This document shows positions 57,173 through 64,000 of a DNA stretch of 64,000 bases, one piece after another (position 1 is the stretch's first letter; each line of letters begins with the position of its first letter). The notes beneath the pieces are model-generated. The model was given only the letters and a program-made list of their open reading frames with translations. It was not told the DNA's origin and searched no databases. The stretch is from Candidatus Zixiibacteriota bacterium (GTDB lineage Bacteria > Zixibacteria > MSB-5A5 > SM1-73). The stretch lies in the NCBI GenBank assembly GCA_049694315.1, contig JBAVQU010000015.1, forward strand, positions 53,712 through 117,711, written 5' to 3'. The position numbers and the translations under genes are program-made.

Positions 57173-59017
57173 TTAGAGTCTCTCCAGACTCTCCTTGGTA
57201 TAAATATCCAGGGTCAACATCCATTCCTTCAGCTTTGCCACTCTGACTTTGGGGTCGGTGGGCAGGTTAAAAGGTCTTCCCCGGCAATCCATGATTATTC
57301 CGGTCACCCCTCCATGAATGGTGGTTTCCACTTTGTTCCCCTTTCCTCCCCCCACATCAAAACCACGATGGGGGTTTAATTCTGCTTTGCAGGTCAAGGG
57401 AATCCCGGTCTTTTCATCCAATCCCAGAGGAATCCTTCTCATCTCTCCATATTTTACCGAGCCCTCCAGGGTCTTGCCGTCAGGCATGGTAAACTTGTAA
57501 CTAAGGATATCTTTCTCATCTTTGGATTCGCCCACCGGAGCGATACAGGTGCCCAGATGGATTAGACAGTCCTTATCAAACACCTGGGTGGCTGCTTTGG
57601 GATGGACAGTAGAGAGAACCCCCAGTTGAGGCATCATGAAGATGGAATCGACTGCCAGACGGGTGATCGCTTCGGGCATGAAACCGTCTATCAGCATCAA
57701 AGCCGCCTGCTGTCTTCGGGGAGCATGAGAGAGCACCCCTCCGGAACCGATGAGCATGTTCAAAGTCATCATATTAACCAGAGTCAACCCGCCCATGGAC
57801 TGATCAAACGCATCGGCAATGGTTCTCTGCTGCTGGATGCCTTTCAAAGCAGTGGCGAATGACTTATGCTGGATGAACGCCAATCTCAACGCCTCTTTGG
57901 CTATGGCCTGTTCGAAGATCAGCTCTTCCATCATCTGGGGAATGGTAGTCGGACGGATCATCTTGTTTTTCACTCTATTCCGCAAGTCTCTTTCGTCCAT
58001 ATGAAAGGGAACCCATCTCATCACGTTATCCAAGCCCGCTTCCGCGAAAACGTTGGAGACCGAATAGCTCATGCCTAAATTAGCACTCACCGTGCGGTTG
58101 AAGACCCCCTGAAATACCGAGAAGATATCCGTAGTGGCCCCGCCGATGTCCACGCCCACCGCCTCGATCCCTTCCTGATCGGCAATGGTTTTGATGATAA
58201 GTCCCACTGCGCCAGGTGTGGGCATGATGGGAGCATCCGTCCAGCTCATCAGTTTTTTGTAACCGGGAGCCTGGGCCATCACGTGCTCCATGAACAGATC
58301 GTGGATCTTCTCCCGTGCGGGAAGGAGATTTTCCCGCTCCAACACCGGTCTTAGATTATCCACAATGTCCAGCGATACCTTATCTTTGAGCGTCTCCTTG
58401 ACGGCATCTCGGGCGTTTACGTTCCCCGCATAGATAACGGGAAGCTTATAGCCAATTCCCAAGCGGGGTTTTGGATCCGCCGCCGAGATCAACTCGGCAA
58501 TCTCCACCACATGGGTAGTGGTCCCTCCGTCGATCCCGCCGGAGAGCAGAATCATGTCCGGTCGCAGATGCCTGATCCTCTGAATCTGCTGATGCGGAAG
58601 TCTTTTGTCGTTGGAAGCGATGACGTCCATCACGATGGCCCCTGCTCCCAAGGCGGCACGCTCAGCAGATTCTGCGGTCATGCTTCTGACCACGCCTGCC
58701 ACCATCATCTGCAAACCGCCTCCGGCAGAGGAGGTGGAGATGTAAATGTCCGTTCCCACGTTGCCTTTGGCCGGCGAAATGATTCTTCCGTTTTCATCCA
58801 ACAGCTTCTTTCCGGTTAGTTCCTCCACCTCACCCACGGCATTCAAGACTCCCATGGTGACGTCCTCAAAAGGGGCCTCCACCGTAGTAGGCGCCTCGCC
58901 CCGGACGATCAGTCGATATTCCTCTCCTCGCTTCTCAATCAAAATCGCTTTAGTGGTCGTGCTACCGCAATCGGTAGCTAAAATCACGCTGATGTCTTCG
59001 GGCTTTAAATCTTTCAT
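57173..59017 (-). CDS. GlmL/MutL-family actin-fold (ASKHA) protein with a ~200-aa C-terminal extension
   Basis: N-terminal ILATDCGSTTTKAILIE, phosphate-1-like. A second ATPase-fold segment LLSGGIDGGTTTHVVEIAE. The overall pattern resembles the glutamate mutase accessory protein MutL family. This is a family-level call only. Confidence 0.45.
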   Translation of the reverse strand: MKDLKPEDISVILATDCGSTTTKAILIEKRGEEYRLIVRGEAPTTVEAPFEDVTMGVLNAVGEVEELTGKKLLDENGRIISPAKGNVGTDIYISTSSAGGGLQMMVAGVVRSMTAESAERAALGAGAIVMDVIASNDKRLPHQQIQRIRHLRPDMILLSGGIDGGTTTHVVEIAELISAADPKPRLGIGYKLPVIYAGNVNARDAVKETLKDKVSLDIVDNLRPVLERENLLPAREKIHDLFMEHVMAQAPGYKKLMSWTDAPIMPTPGAVGLIIKTIADQEGIEAVGVDIGGATTDIFSVFQGVFNRTVSANLGMSYSVSNVFAEAGLDNVMRWVPFHMDERDLRNRVKNKMIRPTTIPQMMEELIFEQAIAKEALRLAFIQHKSFATALKGIQQQRTIADAFDQSMGGLTLVNMMTLNMLIGSGGVLSHAPRRQQAALMLIDGFMPEAITRLAVDSIFMMPQLGVLSTVHPKAATQVFDKDCLIHLGTCIAPVGESKDEKDILSYKFTMPDGKTLEGSVKYGEMRRIPLGLDEKTGIPLTCKAELNPHRGFDVGGGKGNKVETTIHGGVTGIIMDCRGRPFNLPTDPKVRVAKLKEWMLTLDIYTKESLERL

Positions 59018-59101
59018 AAAACTCCTCTGTTATTGTGCAATTGAATATACTCGAAATAACTATCAATTGTAAAAAGCCAGATAAAAAATGAGCTTAAGAA
59101 A

Positions 59102-60749
<1,648 letters not shown>

Positions 60750-60830
60750 GGCTTTCCTCAGAACAGGACTTGCCGTGCACGTCGAATATGGTCGAAGACC
60801 TATTCGACATAAGGGTGGTTAAATTGCCTC

Positions 60831-61466
60831 TTACTCCTTCAGCGCCTGGGCGATGGCCTCCCCAAACTCCCGGGCGACCGGCGGACCGCTGGCCGTAATG
60901 ATTTTGCCGTCTCTTTGAACACCCTGACCGGTATATTGGGCCCCTTTGTCTTTGAGCTTTTGAGCCTCCGACTCAGATACGGTGGCCTTCTTTCCCGCCA
61001 GGATTCCGGCATTGGCACAGGTGACCGGAGCGATGCAGATGGCGCCCACTATTTTGTTTTGCTTGACCGCTTCGATCAACAGCAAGTGAACCGAAGGGTC
61101 GTTCCAATATCGGCTTGCCCCCGTGCCGCCTACTAAGATGATGGCATCCCACTGGTCCGGCTTTATGTCACTTATGAGCAGATCAGGCTTCACCTGGACG
61201 TTCAGCATTCCCTTGGCCGTCTCCAAGGATACGCTGGCGACCTTAACCTCGGCTCCTTTTCCGGTCAAGACGTCTTGAGGCTCAATCAATTCCTCGTCGC
61301 GGAAACCTTCCGGCGCGATGATCATCACCACTTTCTTTCCGAGTAGCTCCTTCTTTGAAACAATCTCTTCTTTGGCCAGCGGAGCTTCCTCTTTTTCACT
61401 CCTGCATCCGCCTAACAGCAAGCTCATCCATACCATCAAGCTAATGGTCAGAAGAACTCTCTTCAT
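60831..61466 (-). CDS. DJ-1/PfpI-family protein, lipoprotein
   Basis: Lipobox LLGGC. Then KKVVMIIAPEGFRDEEL...AIILVGGTGA...IVGAICIAPV (the nucleophile-elbow Cys). Confidence 0.7.
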   Translation of the reverse strand: MKRVLLTISLMVWMSLLLGGCRSEKEEAPLAKEEIVSKKELLGKKVVMIIAPEGFRDEELIEPQDVLTGKGAEVKVASVSLETAKGMLNVQVKPDLLISDIKPDQWDAIILVGGTGASRYWNDPSVHLLLIEAVKQNKIVGAICIAPVTCANAGILAGKKATVSESEAQKLKDKGAQYTGQGVQRDGKIITASGPPVAREFGEAIAQALKE

Positions 61467-61555
61467 CTTTTCCTCCTGCTTTGCTCCCCGCGCCAGCAAA
61501 TGACCTGACACTTTGGGCATAGCCCGTCCGGTACATGCTTTGAATTTCAGCGGTT

Positions 61556-61978
61556 CTACTTGCCTATCAGAAGATATCTTATCTTCTTCCTGATGTTCTT
61601 ACTTTTCCACTCGCTTTTCTTCTGTAATCTTCTCTCCTGCTTCAGCGCTTTCTCCTTGACCTGTGCTTCCGAATCGAGTTGTTCGATCTTTTGCAGGAGC
61701 TTTTCCACCGTGTCCCTCTCCTCCATCATCTTTCTGAACTCATCATAATCCTTCCATGAAAACAGAGTTTGAACAAAAGGCTCGAAGAAGGCCATCATCT
61801 GGCTCCCGATGTAATTCAAAGGCTTCACCGATTCCAGGAACAGGATGGCCGGAACCGACATCCTCCAGTAGATCACTTTCTGGGCAATCTTGATCAAAAT
61901 CTCCTCCTGTTGAGGAGTAAGCTCCTTTGTCCCACCCTCCGTCTTTCCCCATTGAAACATCTCGCGGAAGCTAACCAA
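61556..61978 (-). CDS. Hypothetical protein
   Basis: 140-aa ORF with a K/E-rich C-terminal half. Confidence 0.4.
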   Translation of the reverse strand: MVSFREMFQWGKTEGGTKELTPQQEEILIKIAQKVIYWRMSVPAILFLESVKPLNYIGSQMMAFFEPFVQTLFSWKDYDEFRKMMEERDTVEKLLQKIEQLDSEAQVKEKALKQERRLQKKSEWKSKNIRKKIRYLLIGK

Positions 61979-62028
61979 AAATCACCTCTTGTTCGAAATC
62001 CTAACCGGGCTATTCGACCAGACCTCTC

Positions 62029-62481
62029 TCATTTCCCTATCTTTGATCTGACGAAATCCACCACCTCATCTTTGTTTTGATCAAATCTTAAGTAAAGCCC
62101 GCGGAAATTCTCCAATCGGGATGGCTTTTCGAACGGGGACAGCAAGATCCCATTCTTGTCCACGTAGAACGATCGAAACAAGCTCCATTCTTTCTCCCGC
62201 GTGGAAAAAAAGTACTTAATCTTTACCTTCGTTTCGTCCAACTCATAATAAGTGGGCAGAAAGAAAGATGACAAAGACCCCAGCAGGATCACCACGGACA
62301 AGCCGGTAAAGAAAACGCTCAAAGTGGTCACATATACCAGTATCCAGATGACGAGCAAGAACACCAACACCGAGATCGAGACTAAAGTCCTCTTCTTCGC
62401 TGGATGCGCTGACCATTTGAGAATTCTTTCGTCACTCATTTGCTCATTCATTGACTCAAAACCGATTTCACTCCCCCTCAC
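62029..62481 (-). CDS. Hypothetical membrane protein
   Basis: 150 aa with two predicted TM helices (LVSISVLVFLLVIWILVYV, FFTGLSVVILLGSL). Confidence 0.4.
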   Translation of the reverse strand: MRGSEIGFESMNEQMSDERILKWSAHPAKKRTLVSISVLVFLLVIWILVYVTTLSVFFTGLSVVILLGSLSSFFLPTYYELDETKVKIKYFFSTREKEWSLFRSFYVDKNGILLSPFEKPSRLENFRGLYLRFDQNKDEVVDFVRSKIGK

Positions 62482-62530
62482 CCTTCATTCCCGGTCAATC
62501 CGCAGAGGAGGACCGCCCGCTGTCTGAGAC

Positions 62531-62758
62531 TCATTTGCCTGGGGGCAGATCTCCTGGTGACCGGTATCTTTCTTTTCTTACCTGCTCCATCTCCTGCAAC
62601 AGCTCTTCCGGCTTGAGAATCTGTTTCTTGACCAGAAGACGCACTAAAGCCTCCTGGGCCAGGTTGTTGGACAGGCACAGCTCATCGAACGTCACCTGTC
62701 TCTCCTGGTCACCGATTCTTATCCGCAGAGCTACTTTTCTGTCTTTATCGCTTTCCAC
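62531..62758 (-). CDS. Small hypothetical protein
   Basis: 75-aa ORF. Confidence 0.3.
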   Translation of the reverse strand: MESDKDRKVALRIRIGDQERQVTFDELCLSNNLAQEALVRLLVKKQILKPEELLQEMEQVRKERYRSPGDLPPGK

Positions 62759-62835
62759 ATTATCCCTTTGGATTATCGTCTAATTAAGAATCACGGTACT
62801 CAGATGACCTATCTTTACGTCCTTTCGGCGCCTTT

Positions 62836-64000
62836 TCACCATAACCTTTTGACCTGTCCATTCTCCATCTTGAAGATCGGGACGTAGATGTTTTCTCCCT
62901 CCGGATCAAAACCGATCTTTCCCCAGACTCCCTTGAAATCCCACGTGCCGACCAGAGCTACCTTTATCTTTTCCGGAGCGGAGGCGTTTTCAAGAACCGA
63001 CAGCAAAAGCCTCATGGAATCGTAACCCAGCATTCCGAGACGGTCCGGTTCTCGTCGGTAGCGATCATAATAAAGCTCTGAGAAGTCCTTTCTCTCAGGC
63101 GCATCGTTCTGTGGATAGTCCTCCGAGGCAAAAACCATGTCCTGGTGTAAGCTGTCGGCTAAAGCCGAAATGCTTGGGTCTTTCCACCAGTCTGTGCCGA
63201 TGATGGTGGTATAGATATGAAGGTTAACTATGCCGGTCAGAAGACTGAGCATGCTCTTGTCCTCTGCCAAGACCAAGAAACCATCCACCTTAGCCGGCAT
63301 CTGGTCAAAGAATGAGCCGGATGCGTCCTGAAGGGAGGACGGAGCCAGCTCCAGAAGCGCGCTTTTCAGCCTCCTTAGGTATGGCGAGAAATCGTCGGTT
63401 TCGGGTGGATAATGCTCCACCGCCAGAATTTTCCCTCCCAGTTTCTCTGCAGCTTGCTCAAAGCTCAAGACCTCTGCCTGGCTTTTCAACTCCTCCGGGA
63501 GCAGCATGACAAAATCCCTAAAACCCTGATTCCGCACCAAGACCTCTGCTATACTCCTTCCCTTTCTCTGGGTGGAGGACGAAAGCCGAAACACAAAACC
63601 CCCGGAACGGGTCAGGTTCTCTTCGGCAGCCGTCGGGGTAATAAGGGGAGTCTTAAGGCTCTCGGCCACTGTCTCCGCTTCCTTCAGACAGTCTCTTTTC
63701 AGCGGACCCAGTATGCAAATAACGTGGTTTCGCTCTATCAACTCCGCACAAAGAGGTCCGGTCTTCACCGGGTCTTCTTCGGTGTCCTTTACTACTAACT
63801 CCACGGTTGCTCGGGTTGCCGGTTGGGAGGAAAGAGCCAGCTGGATGCCATCTAAGAAGTCGCCGCCGTCAGGGGACGAATCCTCGCCTAAGGTGGCCAA
63901 CACTCCCACTTTGACGGTTTCAGTCGAGGACGCGGATGCGTTCTCTGAGAGAGATAAAACCTCCCGCAGGTCCTCCCCTTCAGGAAAATGATCCCGATAG
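62836..64000 (-). CDS. Periplasmic binding protein (type I / Peripla_BP_6-like; Liv/LpoA-like). Partial: the 5' end lies beyond the window end.
   Basis: The frame stays open upstream of the track start to position 64000 (...FPEGEDLREVLSLSENASASSTETVKVGVLATLGEDSSPDGGDF...). VKVGVLATLGE is typical of the start of type I PBP domains. Confidence 0.5.
   Translation of the reverse strand, partial: YRDHFPEGEDLREVLSLSENASASSTETVKVGVLATLGEDSSPDGGDFLDGIQLALSSQPATRATVELVVKDTEEDPVKTGPLCAELIERNHVICILGPLKRDCLKEAETVAESLKTPLITPTAAEENLTRSGGFVFRLSSSTQRKGRSIAEVLVRNQGFRDFVMLLPEELKSQAEVLSFEQAAEKLGGKILAVEHYPPETDDFSPYLRRLKSALLELAPSSLQDASGSFFDQMPAKVDGFLVLAEDKSMLSLLTGIVNLHIYTTIIGTDWWKDPSISALADSLHQDMVFASEDYPQNDAPERKDFSELYYDRYRREPDRLGMLGYDSMRLLLSVLENASAPEKIKVALVGTWDFKGVWGKIGFDPEGENIYVPIFKMENGQVKRLW

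Overview
This 64 kb window (roughly 50% GC) looks like part of an anaerobic, selenocysteine-using bacterial chromosome. Most genes lie on the minus strand, with a few short AT-rich islands.

The recognisable content, in order, is:
- An envelope block: a partial PpiC-type prolyl isomerase, a PorV/PorQ-like outer-membrane barrel and two Roadblock-like proteins.
- Housekeeping genes acpS and pyrE, plus a cupin and a NUDIX hydrolase.
- A fusion of an 11-heme c-type cytochrome with a HydC/FdnI-type cytochrome b (CbcL-like).
- A TonB-dependent receptor.
- A heterodisulfide-reductase cluster: an HdrA–MvhD fusion, an HdrD-like CCG protein, a free MvhD and a tandem double HdrA. An AT-rich island carrying an Mrr-like nuclease interrupts this cluster, as does a BrnT/BrnA toxin-antitoxin cassette.
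- A four-subunit 2-oxoacid:ferredoxin oxidoreductase, RidA and RmuC.
- An nfeD–stomatin pair split by an IS481-family insertion sequence.
- Succinate dehydrogenase/fumarate reductase genes sdhCDAB.
- A small locus with two tandem paralogous 70-aa ORFs and a SagB-type dehydrogenase.
- A FabG-like reductase and a beta-helix protein.
- A 14-gene co-directional block: a GlmL/MutL-like actin-fold protein, a 375-aa protein, and three tandem paralogous copies of a four-gene membrane-protein cassette of unknown function.
- A further AT-rich stretch (59.0-60.0 kb) with a 204-aa hypothetical and a DUF433 protein, followed by an M15 endolysin-like peptidase.
- A DJ-1/PfpI lipoprotein, several hypotheticals and a partial periplasmic binding protein.

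Three genes (both HdrA genes and the free MvhD) contain in-frame TGA codons at positions that carry a conserved Cys in homologues, each followed by a hairpin. The ORF track splits each of them in two.

A composite intergenic repeat family occurs about ten times across the window. One copy is interrupted by the insertion sequence.

No rRNA, convincing tRNA or CRISPR array was seen.
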